Below are positions 46,534 through 56,134 of a stretch of DNA of 64,000 nt, piece by piece; position 1 is the stretch's first letter; every line of letters begins with the position of its first letter. Where the stretch lies: assembly GCA_033722155.1 (NCBI GenBank), contig JAWVZN010000004.1, forward strand, positions 3,959-67,958, given 5' to 3'. The stretch is from Gemmatimonadota bacterium (GTDB lineage: Bacteria > Gemmatimonadota > Gemmatimonadetes > JACCXV01 > JAHWKZ01). The notes beneath the pieces were generated by a model that did no database searches, was not told the DNA's origin, and was given only the letters and a program-made list of their open reading frames with translations. A program made the translations under genes and the position numbers.

Positions 46534-48875
46534 CCCCCTCCACCGGGCTCGCCCTTCTCGCCTTCCTGGTCCTGACGCTCCTTCTGTGGATCCCGCTCTG
46601 GAGCGGAGAGCGGATCCTGTTCCTGCGCGACGTCCACCTCTACTTCCTCCCCATGAAGGCCCACCTGGTCCGCGCGCTGGAGGCCGGGGAGTGGGCGTGG
46701 TGGAACCCGTGGATCCGGAACGGGCTCCCCTTCTTCGCCAACCCCGAGGTCGGAGCCCTCTATCCGTTCACCCTCCTCTTCCTCGCGGGGGATCTCCCGT
46801 GGGCGGCGAACTGGAGCGTGATCCTCCACTTCCTCCTGCTGGGGAGCGGGGTGTTCGCGTGGCAGCGTGAGGAGGGACGATCGCCCGAAGCGGCGGTCCT
46901 GGCTTCGTTCGCGATCGCGTGGGGCGGAACGGCGCTGTCGCTGTCGAACCTGTGGAACGTGTTGCAATCCTTCGCCTGGGCGGGGTGGGCGTGGTGGTGC
47001 TGGGTCCGATGGATCGACTCGGGCTCGCGCCGATGGCTCGGCGTCACCGCGCTCGTCTTCGTCCTCCAGTTCCTCGGTGGCGAGCCGTTCGTCGTCGCCC
47101 TCACCGCCCTGCTGGCGCTACCGATCGGCTGGCTCCGGGGTGGCGGAGCGCGACGGTCCGTCGGAGGACTCACCGTGGTCGCCGCGCTCTCCGTTGCCAC
47201 CGCGGCGCTCCAGCTCGTCCCGACCGCGGAGCTGTTCTGGTTCTCCGAGCGACGGATCGGGCTCGCGGCGGCTGAGGCGCTGCGGTGGTCCCTGCACCCG
47301 ATCGAGGCGATCGGGCACGTCTGGCCCCGGACCCTCACGGGTCCGGACGGGCTCTTCGACATGCGCGCCCACCTGGGACCGTCGGTCCCGTGGATCCTCA
47401 CCCCCTACGTCGGGGCGATCGTAGCGATGCTGGCGGCGGTTGGCGCGGGGTACCGGACCGGGGCCCGCTCCTGGTTCTGGCTCGGGGTGGGGACGGCCGG
47501 GCTCGTCCTGGCGCTCGGCCGATACAACCCGCTCTACGTCGGGGTGACGGAGCCAGCCCTCGGGACGACGCTCTTCCGGTATCCGGAGAAATGGTTGCTG
47601 CTCACGGCGGTCGCCGTACCGGTCCTCGCGGCGCGGGGGCTCGACTCGGTCCGGGAGAGCGCCGTCGCGCGGCGGCGGGCGATCGCGGTCGCCGCCGCTT
47701 ACGCCGTCCTCGCGGGGCTCGTCGCGGCCCTCCTCGGTCCCGACCTCGTCGAAAGGGTCGCCTCCGGTTGGGGGACGGATCACCCGGCTGCCACGGAGCC
47801 GGCGCGGGTGGTCACCGCGGGCCGGCGGGCCACGGCGCATGTCCTGGTCGCCCTCGGGATCGGGGGGGGGATCCTTCTGTGGGGGCGGAGACGGTGGCGC
47901 AGGGGCGCGACCTGGGCCGTGATCGCGGTGGCCGCCGTCGATCTCGCCGTCGCGAACGTCGATGCCGTGCCTCTGGCGCCCTCCAGCCTGTACGGCCGGA
48001 CGCCCGAGATCGTCCGGCGGCTGCCGGAGGAGGTCGGGCGGACCGCCCGGGTCCGGACGACCCCGCTGGATCCGGAAGAGCGGCTGGTCCGGATCCCCGG
48101 CACGTCGATCACGACCCAGCACGTCGTCTTCCGCGACCTCCTCGCCCCGAACCTGGGGATGGTGTTCGGGGTTCTCCACCAGGGAGGAAACGAGGCGTTC
48201 CGGCCGGGCAGGGTCACGGTCCAGAAGAACATCCTGCGGGCGATCTCTCCCGAGGAGCGGATCGCGTTCCTGCGCCTTTTCGGGACCCGGTATCTCTACC
48301 GGACGGGGTCCCCGCTTCCGGGCCTCGAACCGATCGGGGAGCCGATCCTGGGGGGGAGGATCTTCGAGGTGCGCGACGCCCTCCCGCGCGCCTATCTCGT
48401 CCGCCGCACGGTCGTCGAGCCCGATTCGATCGCCCTGATCAACCGTCTTCTCGACGAGCCGGATCCGGGGGCGGTGGCGTACGTGAGAGAGGGGCCCGCG
48501 CTCGACGGTCCCGCCGGGCGGGTGGAGCACGGAATCCGGTGGATCGCCGAGTCGAACAGCCGGGTGACGCTGGAGGTCGACACCGCCGAGCCCGCCTTTC
48601 TCGTCCTCACCGACAGCGACTATCCTGGATGGCGGGTGATTGTCGACGGGCGCCGCCGGCCGCTTCGGTCGGCGAACTGGTTCTTTCGAGGAGTGGAGCT
48701 GGGGCCCGGCATCCACACGGTGGAGTTCGCCTATCGACCCCGGTGGATCGTGCCGGCGGCCACGGTCAGTGCGGTCGGGCTGGCGGTCCTGCTCGTGACG
48801 ATCGCGTGGGGCGGGGGCCGGAGCGCGGGATCCGCCCGACGGGACGAAGCCTCTGGAGACGCCGGTGGAGCGTGA
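46521..48875 (+). CDS. YfhO-like polytopic membrane protein (GT-C fold glycosyltransferase); true start upstream of ATG 46653
   Basis: In-frame upstream TM helix plus LFLRD..YFLP; WNPW..NGLPF.ANP..ALYP; C-terminal LVLTDSDYPGW/ANWFFRGV.L.PG.H.VEF.Y.P. Confidence 0.75.
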   Translation, partial: RFSLSPSTGLALLAFLVLTLLLWIPLWSGERILFLRDVHLYFLPMKAHLVRALEAGEWAWWNPWIRNGLPFFANPEVGALYPFTLLFLAGDLPWAANWSVILHFLLLGSGVFAWQREEGRSPEAAVLASFAIAWGGTALSLSNLWNVLQSFAWAGWAWWCWVRWIDSGSRRWLGVTALVFVLQFLGGEPFVVALTALLALPIGWLRGGGARRSVGGLTVVAALSVATAALQLVPTAELFWFSERRIGLAAAEALRWSLHPIEAIGHVWPRTLTGPDGLFDMRAHLGPSVPWILTPYVGAIVAMLAAVGAGYRTGARSWFWLGVGTAGLVLALGRYNPLYVGVTEPALGTTLFRYPEKWLLLTAVAVPVLAARGLDSVRESAVARRRAIAVAAAYAVLAGLVAALLGPDLVERVASGWGTDHPAATEPARVVTAGRRATAHVLVALGIGGGILLWGRRRWRRGATWAVIAVAAVDLAVANVDAVPLAPSSLYGRTPEIVRRLPEEVGRTARVRTTPLDPEERLVRIPGTSITTQHVVFRDLLAPNLGMVFGVLHQGGNEAFRPGRVTVQKNILRAISPEERIAFLRLFGTRYLYRTGSPLPGLEPIGEPILGGRIFEVRDALPRAYLVRRTVVEPDSIALINRLLDEPDPGAVAYVREGPALDGPAGRVEHGIRWIAESNSRVTLEVDTAEPAFLVLTDSDYPGWRVIVDGRRRPLRSANWFFRGVELGPGIHTVEFAYRPRWIVPAATVSAVGLAVLLVTIAWGGGRSAGSARRDEASGDAGGA

Positions 48876-49608
48876 GGAATACGACAGATCGTACACGCTC
48901 GAGCGGGGCCACTGGTGGTTTCGCGGGAAGCGCGAGGCGGTCCGGGCGTTGCTCCGGCGGATCGGCACTTCGTGCCCTTCGCCGGGCGAGGTCGTGCTCG
49001 ACGTCGGGTGCGGGACCGGGGGGGCGCTCGAGGTTCTCGGACCACCCGGCTTCGCCGTGGGGATCGACGACCACGAGGAGGCGCTCCTCCTCGCCCGGCG
49101 CCGGGGTCGGATCCGGCCCGTCCGGGCGACGGCCGTCGCGCTCCCGGTCGCCAGCGGTTCCGTCGATCGCCTCTTCCTGCTCGACGTCCTGGAGCACGTT
49201 CCGGACGATCGCTCGGCTCTGTGCGAGGTCCGGCGGGCGCTTCGACCGGGAGGGACGGCGGTAGTGCACGTCCCCGCGCACCCGTCCCTCTGGTCCCCGC
49301 ACGACGAGGTGATGCACCACGTGCGACGGTATCGAAGATCCGAGCTCGTCGAGAAGCTCGTCGAGGCCGGCCTCGAACCGGTGGTGGTGACGTACACGTT
49401 CGCGGGGATCCTCCTTCCGGCGACCGTGGTCCGTTGGTGGAAGCGGCGGTCCGGAGGCGAGATCCGGGCGGATTTCGGCCTCGTGCCGCGATGGGCGAAC
49501 CACGCGCTCCTCGGGTGGCAGCGGTGCGAGGCCGCCCTGCTGCGCCGCGTCTCTCTCCCGTTCGGCCTCTCGCTCGCCGCGGTGGCTCGCCCCGACGGAG
49601 CCTCGTGA
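48865..49608 (+). CDS. class I SAM-dependent methyltransferase
   Basis: HWWF, LDVGCGTG, DVLEH, VPA..LWS.HD...HH.RRY. Confidence 0.88.
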   Translation: MEREEYDRSYTLERGHWWFRGKREAVRALLRRIGTSCPSPGEVVLDVGCGTGGALEVLGPPGFAVGIDDHEEALLLARRRGRIRPVRATAVALPVASGSVDRLFLLDVLEHVPDDRSALCEVRRALRPGGTAVVHVPAHPSLWSPHDEVMHHVRRYRRSELVEKLVEAGLEPVVVTYTFAGILLPATVVRWWKRRSGGEIRADFGLVPRWANHALLGWQRCEAALLRRVSLPFGLSLAAVARPDGAS

Positions 49609-51194
49609 GCCGCACGGCGGCCCTCGACCGCTTCGACCGGTGGATCACGCGGCGCCGCCGCCCGCTCGGATGGGCGGTGTTCGCCTTCGTCCTGACGCTC
49701 CTCACGGCGACGCTCACCGCCCCCGGCATCACGTGGGACGAGCCCCACTACTTCCTCTCGGCCCAGCTGCAGGTGAAGTGGGTGGAGACCCTGCTCGAAG
49801 AGGGACCGTCGGGGGCGCTCGACCGGGAAAAGATCCGGGAGATGTGGGACTGGCGGCATTACCACAATCCCCATCCGCCCCTGTACAAGGAGGGAATGGC
49901 GCTGACCTGGTGGACGACGAGGGGGTGGCTCGGTCCGCTGGCGGGGTACCGCCTCTTCCCGGCCCTCTGCTTCGCACTTCTCGTCGCGGTCGCCTTCCGC
50001 TGGGGAACCGCGGCGTGGAGCGGGATCGGCGGCTTCGGCGCCGCGGCGTCGATCCTGCTCATGCCGCGGCTCTTCGGCCACGCCCACCTCGGCGCGACCG
50101 AGACGCCCCTGATGGTCGCCTGGACGGTCGTCGCGGCGTCCGCATGGTGGGCAGTGGAGCGCGAGCGCGCCGCAGGGTGGATCGTGGCCGGCATCGCGTG
50201 GGGCTTCGCCGCCGGAACCAAGTTCTCGGGCATCGCGGCTTTCGCGCCGGTTCTCCTGTGGGCGCTCTGGCGCGACCGTCAGGCCGCCCTGCGGGGGGCC
50301 GCTCTCGCGACCGGCGTGGCGACGGTATTCTTCGTGGGGACGAATCCCCTCGTCTGGGCCGGTCCAGCCGAATTCTTCGGGACCTGGTTCTGGGAGAGCC
50401 TCCACCGCGCCGACTACGCGCCCATCCCGACGTTCTACCTGGGAAATCGGTACGGCTTCGACGTCCCGTGGCACCACGTCTTCGTCATGACGATGGCGGT
50501 TACGCCACTTCCGATCCTGGCGATGGCCGCTCTGGGTGCGGTCTTCGGGGCGGAACGGCTCGAACCGGCGGCGGTGCTGGCGGCCGGGAGCGTGGTTTTC
50601 GTGTGGACGATGATGCTCGTGCCCGGCGCGCCCCACCACAACGGTGTCCGACAGTTCGTGTCGCTCTTCCCGTTCCTGGGGATGCTCGCGGGCTACGGCC
50701 TGTACCGCGCGTGCGAGTCGCTCGACGGCGTTCCGTTCGCTCTCGTCACCGCGCTCGTTTTCGCTCCCCCGTCCGTCCAGCTCGTCCGGTCGCATCCGTA
50801 TTATCTGGAGTACTACGGGGAGGCGGTCGGTGGGGTCCCCGGCGCCCATCGGTTAGGATTCGAGACGACCTACTGGATGGACGTGGTAACCGACGACGTA
50901 CTGCACTGGATGAACAGGAATCTGCCGAGGAACGCCACGGTGCTGGTCCACGGTGCTCCCATGACCCTCCAGTTCGCCCGAGCCTACGGACGGGTACGGG
51001 ACGACCTGGAGTTCGTCGGCCACGACGACGGCGCGGAGGCCGCAGGGTACTTCCTGGTTCCGATGAGCCAATTCTCCCTGGGCCCCACCCTTCAGCGCGC
51101 GGTCGAGCGGGGAGAGCCGCTCTACGAGTTGACGCATCGGGGAGTGCGCCTGCTGGCCATCTATCGGCTCGAGCCGCAGGGAGATCGATCGTGA
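49605..51194 (+). CDS. ArnT/PMT-like GT-C glycosyltransferase
   Basis: GTG 49605; TWDEP motif after first TM, HPPLY, GTKF; many TM helices. Confidence 0.8.
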   Translation: MSRTAALDRFDRWITRRRRPLGWAVFAFVLTLLTATLTAPGITWDEPHYFLSAQLQVKWVETLLEEGPSGALDREKIREMWDWRHYHNPHPPLYKEGMALTWWTTRGWLGPLAGYRLFPALCFALLVAVAFRWGTAAWSGIGGFGAAASILLMPRLFGHAHLGATETPLMVAWTVVAASAWWAVERERAAGWIVAGIAWGFAAGTKFSGIAAFAPVLLWALWRDRQAALRGAALATGVATVFFVGTNPLVWAGPAEFFGTWFWESLHRADYAPIPTFYLGNRYGFDVPWHHVFVMTMAVTPLPILAMAALGAVFGAERLEPAAVLAAGSVVFVWTMMLVPGAPHHNGVRQFVSLFPFLGMLAGYGLYRACESLDGVPFALVTALVFAPPSVQLVRSHPYYLEYYGEAVGGVPGAHRLGFETTYWMDVVTDDVLHWMNRNLPRNATVLVHGAPMTLQFARAYGRVRDDLEFVGHDDGAEAAGYFLVPMSQFSLGPTLQRAVERGEPLYELTHRGVRLLAIYRLEPQGDRS

Positions 51195-52162
51195 CCGACG
51201 GGGAAGGCCCGATCCTCTCGATCGTGGTCCCGATCAAGGACGAGATCGAGACGCTTCCGGAGCTGTGGCGACGTCTCGCTTCGATCCTGTCCGGCGATCT
51301 CGCAGAGAGCGAGGTGGTGTTCGTGGACGACGGCTCCCGGGACGGCAGCCGCGAATGGCTCGTGGAGCGCCACGCCGAGGATCCCCGGGCGCGGCTGGTG
51401 GTGCTCTCCAGGAACTTCGGCCATCAGGCGGCGGTGACCGCCGGGCTGGCCCACGCGTCCGGCGCGGCCGTCGTCCTCATGGACGGGGATCTGCAGGACC
51501 CCCCCGAGATGATTCCCCGGCTGGTGGACGCCTGGCGCGAAGGAGCGGAGGTCGTCCACACCGTCAAGCGCTCGAGGAAGGAGCCGTGGCACCGGAGAAT
51601 CGCCTTCGGGCTGTTCCACCGCTCCATCCGCGCCCTCTCCCGCACCGAGCTGCCGAACCAGGCGGGGATCTTCTCGCTGCTGGATCGGCGGGCGGCGGAC
51701 CATCTGCTCGCACTCCCCGAGCGGAACCGGTATCTGGCCGGTCTGAGGTCGTGGGTGGGCTTCGAGCAGACGACCGTCGCGTACGACCGGGATCCACGCT
51801 ACGCCGGCCGGCCCCGTCAGTCCCTCGGCCGACTGCTGAGGCTGGCGCTCGACGGGGTCTTCTCCTTCTCCAGGCTCCCGCTCCGCTTCGCGACGATTTT
51901 CGGGGTCGCCGTCTCGGTGTCGGCGTTCCTGCTGGTGGCAACGGTCATCTACCTGAAGCTCTTCACCGATCGCGCGATCCTGGGATGGGCCTCGCTCATG
52001 AGCGCGACCCTGTTTCTCGGCGGCGTGCTGCTGCTGACGATCGGCATCATCGGCGAATACGTCGGGCGGATCTACGACGAGGTGAAGCGGCGCCCGCTCT
52101 ACATCGTCGCCGAGCGTTTCGGGGTGGAGAGGGAGAGCCGGCCGCTGGATCGCCGGCTCTAG
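51191..52162 (+). CDS. GtrB-like GT2 polyprenol-phosphate glycosyltransferase
   Basis: VDDGSRD, SRNFGHQAA, DGDLQDPP, two C-terminal TMs, GEYVGRIYDEVKRRPLY. Confidence 0.9.
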   Translation: MTDGEGPILSIVVPIKDEIETLPELWRRLASILSGDLAESEVVFVDDGSRDGSREWLVERHAEDPRARLVVLSRNFGHQAAVTAGLAHASGAAVVLMDGDLQDPPEMIPRLVDAWREGAEVVHTVKRSRKEPWHRRIAFGLFHRSIRALSRTELPNQAGIFSLLDRRAADHLLALPERNRYLAGLRSWVGFEQTTVAYDRDPRYAGRPRQSLGRLLRLALDGVFSFSRLPLRFATIFGVAVSVSAFLLVATVIYLKLFTDRAILGWASLMSATLFLGGVLLLTIGIIGEYVGRIYDEVKRRPLYIVAERFGVERESRPLDRRL

Positions 52163-52166
52163 GGCC

Positions 52167-54122
52167 TTGGGTCGCCTCGCGCTCCGCATTCTGGGAGGAG
52201 TCCTCGTCCTCGTTCCGCTGCTTCCGCTGCCGGAACTGTTCGGGACCGCCCCGGGAATGGCGGCGTACGTCCCGCCGGCGGACTGGCTGCTCGGGGTGGC
52301 GATCTTCGGGTTCCTCGCGTGGCTCCTCGCTCGCGTCCGAGGGTCGGGGATCGAACGGTCGGTCGCGAACGTTTCGCGCCGTGTCGGTTCCAGGATCGAT
52401 CGCGTGGTGGCGGGGTGCGGGATCGTGCTCGCGGGCCTGCTGACAACGGTGGCGTCGCTCGTATTCCGGCACGACCCCCTCCACGTCGACAGCGTCGTCC
52501 AGCTGTTCCAGGCGAAGATCTTCGCCGCCGGGATGGTGAAGGCCCCCCCGCCCCCGGACCCCGCGTTCTTCGCGATCCTTCACATGATCGTCGATCCCTC
52601 CGGGTGGTACTCCCAGTATCCTCCCGGTCACTCCGCACTGCTGGTCCCGGGGGTCCTCGCCGGGGTTGGCTGGCTCGTGCCCGTCGCGCTGTCACTGGGA
52701 ACCTTCGCCTTCCTGACCGGCTTCGCCCGGATCGTCTGGGATCGGGCGACCGCCCTCGTCGTCGCCCTCCTCCTGCTCCTCTGCCCCTTCTTCTGGTTCA
52801 TGGGGGCCAGCTTCATGAACCACGTCTCCGTGCTCTTCTTCGTCTCGGCTTGTCTCTACTGCCTCGCGAGATGGGAGAGGGACGACACCGCCGGCTGGGC
52901 CGCCCTGGCCGGGCTCGCTCTCGGGGCGGCTTCGCTCTCCCGTCCCCTGACCGCGGTGGCGGTCGGAGCCGTCTTCGGGGTCGTGGCGCTCCTCCGGGAT
53001 CGAGGTCGATGGAAGGGAGTGGTCGCCGGCGCGATCGGCTTCGTCGGCCTCGCCTCCCTCTATCTCCTCTTCAACGCCGCGACCACCGGCCATCCCCTGC
53101 TGACCGGCTACGCCGAGCTGTGGGGCGCGGCCCACGGGCTCGGATTCCACCCCACACCCTGGGGGGAGGTGCACGATCCGATCGACGGGCTCCGAAACGA
53201 GCTGATCGACCTGTCCCTGCTGAACCTGTTCCTGTTCGAATGGCCGATCCCCGCGCTGTGGCCGCTCGGGATCGCGCTCGCCGCGGGATGGATCGAGGAC
53301 GGGTGGTCGCGGCGACTCGTCGTCGCCTTCTTCGCACTGCCGGCAGTCTACTTCTTCTACTGGCACCGGGACGCCTTTCTGGGACCTCGCTATCTGTATG
53401 CCGGGGTCGCGTTCGTCGTCCCGCTGAGCGCCCGCGCGCTGGTCGAGGGATGGAATCGGCTGGGAGGCCGATTCGTCGGAGATCGTGCGAGCCTTCGGCC
53501 CGCCGCTTTCGGTGCCGCGCTGGTGGGCCTCTGCTTCCTCTATTCCCTGGGGTGGGGGATCCCGCAACGGTTCGTGATCCACGCGACCGGGATGAGGAGC
53601 ATGAAGGTCGATCTGACCGAACGGGCGCGCGAGGCGGGCCTCGAGGGGGGCCTCGTCCTCGTCGCCACCAGCTGGGGGAACCGGATCCTCGCCGAGCTCC
53701 ACGGCCTCGGTGTACCCGCTTCGTTGGCGGAGAGGGTGTACCGGCGGAGCGACCATTGCGAGCTTCAGCACTTGATCGACGCCGCCCTGCGGGAGGGGTG
53801 GAGCGCGGAGAGAACGAAGCGCGCTCTGTCGCGGATCGTGGTTCCCCGACGCCGGCTGAACAGGACGGCGGAGCTGAACGGCGATCCGACGCTCCGCCTC
53901 GCCCGCGGGACCTCCTTGTCCGGAAGATGCCGCGATCAGATCGCGTACGATCGGAAGGGGTATACCGTCTACGTCCCCCATCTGATCGAGAACACGCCCA
54001 CCCTCGACGGTCACTGGGTGGTGGCCCGGGACCTGCGCGAGAGAAACGAGGAGCTGCTACGGCGGTATCCGGATCGGAGAGCGTATCTCTACCGGGGGCG
54101 GCAGTTTCACCGCATCCGGTGA
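52167..54122 (+). CDS. polytopic membrane protein, probable GT-C glycosyltransferase
   Basis: Acidic loop HVDSVVQLFQAKIFAAG, SQYPPG, SFMNH, RPLTA, GPRY; many TMs. Confidence 0.7.
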   Translation: MGRLALRILGGVLVLVPLLPLPELFGTAPGMAAYVPPADWLLGVAIFGFLAWLLARVRGSGIERSVANVSRRVGSRIDRVVAGCGIVLAGLLTTVASLVFRHDPLHVDSVVQLFQAKIFAAGMVKAPPPPDPAFFAILHMIVDPSGWYSQYPPGHSALLVPGVLAGVGWLVPVALSLGTFAFLTGFARIVWDRATALVVALLLLLCPFFWFMGASFMNHVSVLFFVSACLYCLARWERDDTAGWAALAGLALGAASLSRPLTAVAVGAVFGVVALLRDRGRWKGVVAGAIGFVGLASLYLLFNAATTGHPLLTGYAELWGAAHGLGFHPTPWGEVHDPIDGLRNELIDLSLLNLFLFEWPIPALWPLGIALAAGWIEDGWSRRLVVAFFALPAVYFFYWHRDAFLGPRYLYAGVAFVVPLSARALVEGWNRLGGRFVGDRASLRPAAFGAALVGLCFLYSLGWGIPQRFVIHATGMRSMKVDLTERAREAGLEGGLVLVATSWGNRILAELHGLGVPASLAERVYRRSDHCELQHLIDAALREGWSAERTKRALSRIVVPRRRLNRTAELNGDPTLRLARGTSLSGRCRDQIAYDRKGYTVYVPHLIENTPTLDGHWVVARDLRERNEELLRRYPDRRAYLYRGRQFHRIR

Positions 54123-54209
54123 CGCACGCGACCGGTGCCGGTGAGATCCCGACGATCCGCGACGCGAGCGTCGAGTTCTTTCCGCCGGGTTCCCGCGAGA
54201 GGCAGACCG

Positions 54210-54225
54210 CGGCATGGGAATTGCA
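54210..54225 (+). promoter_or_regulatory. putative sigma-54 promoter of the second pilin
   Basis: CGGCATGGGAATTGCA (GG-N10-GC); shares GGCAT...AATTGC with the pilA promoter. Confidence 0.65.
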
Positions 54226-54273
54226 CTCCCCAGGGGCGTCACCGACATCGACGATTTGAACGAGTTGGAAAGA

Positions 54274-54666
54274 ATGAGAGACATACCAGGCTGGAAGGGA
54301 ACGGGCGGCTTCACCCTCATCGAGCTGCTCGTCATCGTTTCGTTCATCGCCATCCTCGCCTCGATCGCGATCAACCGGTATCCCGCGGTGCGCGATCTCG
54401 CCGTGGACGCCGCGGCCAAGAGCGATCTGAAGAACGCCTTCAAGGCGGAGGAGGTGTACTACGCCGACCACGGCGAGTACGTCGCCTTCGAGGTGTCCGA
54501 CGGTGGCAGCGCCGAGGAGATCGGCTTCAACGCCTCCCAGGGCGTCTCGCTCACCGCCACCGTCGAGAACGGCGGCCTGAGGATCGTGGGCTCCCACGCG
54601 TCGTCATCCAAGACATGGTGCGTGAGCAGCGAGAGCGGCAACGTGACGGAAGGCTCCTCGTGCTGA
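54274..54666 (+). CDS. second type IV pilin, PilA paralogue
   Basis: GG|FTLIELL; DAAAKSDLKNAFKAEEVYYAD matches PilA DAAAKTDLRNAMTAQEAYYAD; same terminal C-X13-C. Confidence 0.85.
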   Translation: MRDIPGWKGTGGFTLIELLVIVSFIAILASIAINRYPAVRDLAVDAAAKSDLKNAFKAEEVYYADHGEYVAFEVSDGGSAEEIGFNASQGVSLTATVENGGLRIVGSHASSSKTWCVSSESGNVTEGSSC

Positions 54667-54741
54667 TCTGATCCACCGCGGCCCCGGGCCGCGCACCGGA
54701 TCCCCTTCCCCGCCGGCGCCACTCCCCTCGACAATCGGCGC

Positions 54742-55209
54742 ATGCCCATGACCGGCTCCCCGCTGCTCCGTCTCCACCGCTCGGGCTGGACCGCTCTCGA
54801 GCTACTCCTCGCCCTGGTCCTTCTCGGCATCCTGATCGAGATCGCGTGGCCGCGGTGGGCCGCGTGGAGCGACCGGCAGGCGGTCGTGGCCGCGGCGCGG
54901 ACGATTCGAACCGATCTCCAGCGGGCCCGTGCGGCGGCGATCCTCCGGGGAGAGACGATCGCCGTGGAGCTCGATACGATGGCCGCATCCTACGAGGCCC
55001 GTTCGCTGAGGGGAGGGCAGCGATTGTTCGGGCGTCGCCTGGAAGAGGGATTGTTCCTCCGTACGACCGCGTACAGGGAGCGGATCCTCTTCACCGCCCG
55101 GGGCACCGGCAGCCTCTACAGCACGACGTGGATCGGCGCCCACGATCGGCCCGGCGCCCGGTGGCACGGGACCCGGGTCACCCCGACAGGTGCGATCGAG
55201 GCCCGGTGA
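54742..55209 (+). CDS. FimT/GspH-like minor pilin (cassette 1)
   Basis: SG|WTALELLL; DLQRARAAAI; ILFTARG. Confidence 0.75.
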   Translation: MPMTGSPLLRLHRSGWTALELLLALVLLGILIEIAWPRWAAWSDRQAVVAAARTIRTDLQRARAAAILRGETIAVELDTMAASYEARSLRGGQRLFGRRLEEGLFLRTTAYRERILFTARGTGSLYSTTWIGAHDRPGARWHGTRVTPTGAIEAR

Positions 55210-55574
55210 GGCGGGAGGCCGGCACCACGCTCGTCGAGGTCGTGGTCTCGCTCCTCCTGCTCGGGTTCGGGGCGCTCGCTCTCGCCGCGAGCCTCCTGGA
55301 GGCCGAGCGGACGCGCGGATGGGCCCTCGGTGCGACCGCCGCCCAAGCGGGAGCCGAAACGTGGACCGAGCGGTGGCGGCTCGGGGATCCGGCCTCGGGC
55401 AGCGGGAGCGTCGCCGCAGGACCGGGTCCATGGAGTCCCTCCATCGAGTGGTCGAGCCGGTCGGTGGGACCGTGCCTGGTCGAGGCCCGGGTCCGGGCCA
55501 CGGCGGGCCGATCGGCGATCGGTTCGGCTCTCCTGGTGACGCGTCTCTTCCGCGGGGAGGGGTGCGCCGAATGA
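55206..55574 (+). CDS. PilV-like minor pilin (cassette 1)
   Basis: GTG overlap; AG|TTLVEVVVSLLLLG. Confidence 0.7.
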   Translation: MRREAGTTLVEVVVSLLLLGFGALALAASLLEAERTRGWALGATAAQAGAETWTERWRLGDPASGSGSVAAGPGPWSPSIEWSSRSVGPCLVEARVRATAGRSAIGSALLVTRLFRGEGCAE

Positions 55575-56134
55575 GAGCGGGTGCTCCCACGGCGGGATTC
55601 ACGACCATGGAGCTGCTGGTCGCCGGCACGACGGGGCTCCTCGTGACCGGCGCGGCCCTCGCGCTCGTCCACGCCGGCAACCGCTCCGTCGCCACACTGG
55701 CCACGCTCCAGTCGGAATGGCACCACGCCCGGGCGGCCGCCTCGCTGTGGGCCGCGGAGTGGCGGGGGGCCGGCTACGACCCCACCGGCGCTTCCGGGGC
55801 CGGGCTCGTCCGCTTCGCTCCCGAGACGCTCGAGTTCAGTTCGGACTGGAACGGGGACGGGGCGCTGCTCCCGACATCCTCCAACCCGAACGAGCGGCTC
55901 GCCTGGGCGGCGGTTCCAGGAGCGTGGAAGCGCGGCGTGAACGGGGGGCCGCGGCTCGTGATGGCCCGCCCGGAGTCGATCCGCTTCGTCTTCCGTGACG
56001 GGGAGCTACGGGAGGTGACGGGAGGATCGCCCGGTCCCGTCGTCCTCGTGGAGATCGAAGTCCGGTTGCCGGGGCGAAGGCCGGGGGCCGGCCACACGGT
56101 CGTCTGGTCGGCAGCACGCCGGATGTCGCCGTGA
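55571..56134 (+). CDS. PilW-like minor pilin (cassette 1)
   Basis: AG|FTTMELL; EWRGAGYDP, DWNGDG. Confidence 0.7.
   Translation: MRAGAPTAGFTTMELLVAGTTGLLVTGAALALVHAGNRSVATLATLQSEWHHARAAASLWAAEWRGAGYDPTGASGAGLVRFAPETLEFSSDWNGDGALLPTSSNPNERLAWAAVPGAWKRGVNGGPRLVMARPESIRFVFRDGELREVTGGSPGPVVLVEIEVRLPGRRPGAGHTVVWSAARRMSP

Noticed and set aside
47862-47870. G9 tract in the YfhO-like gene as a phase-variation switch
   Set aside because: Similar runs occur in lptF (C9 at 21539) and pilR (G8 at 45565), so such runs are expected at this GC content; read-level length variation would be needed
47118-50849. 1243-aa minus-strand ORF in the glycosylation island
   Set aside because: Antisense to three well-supported genes; low-complexity translation
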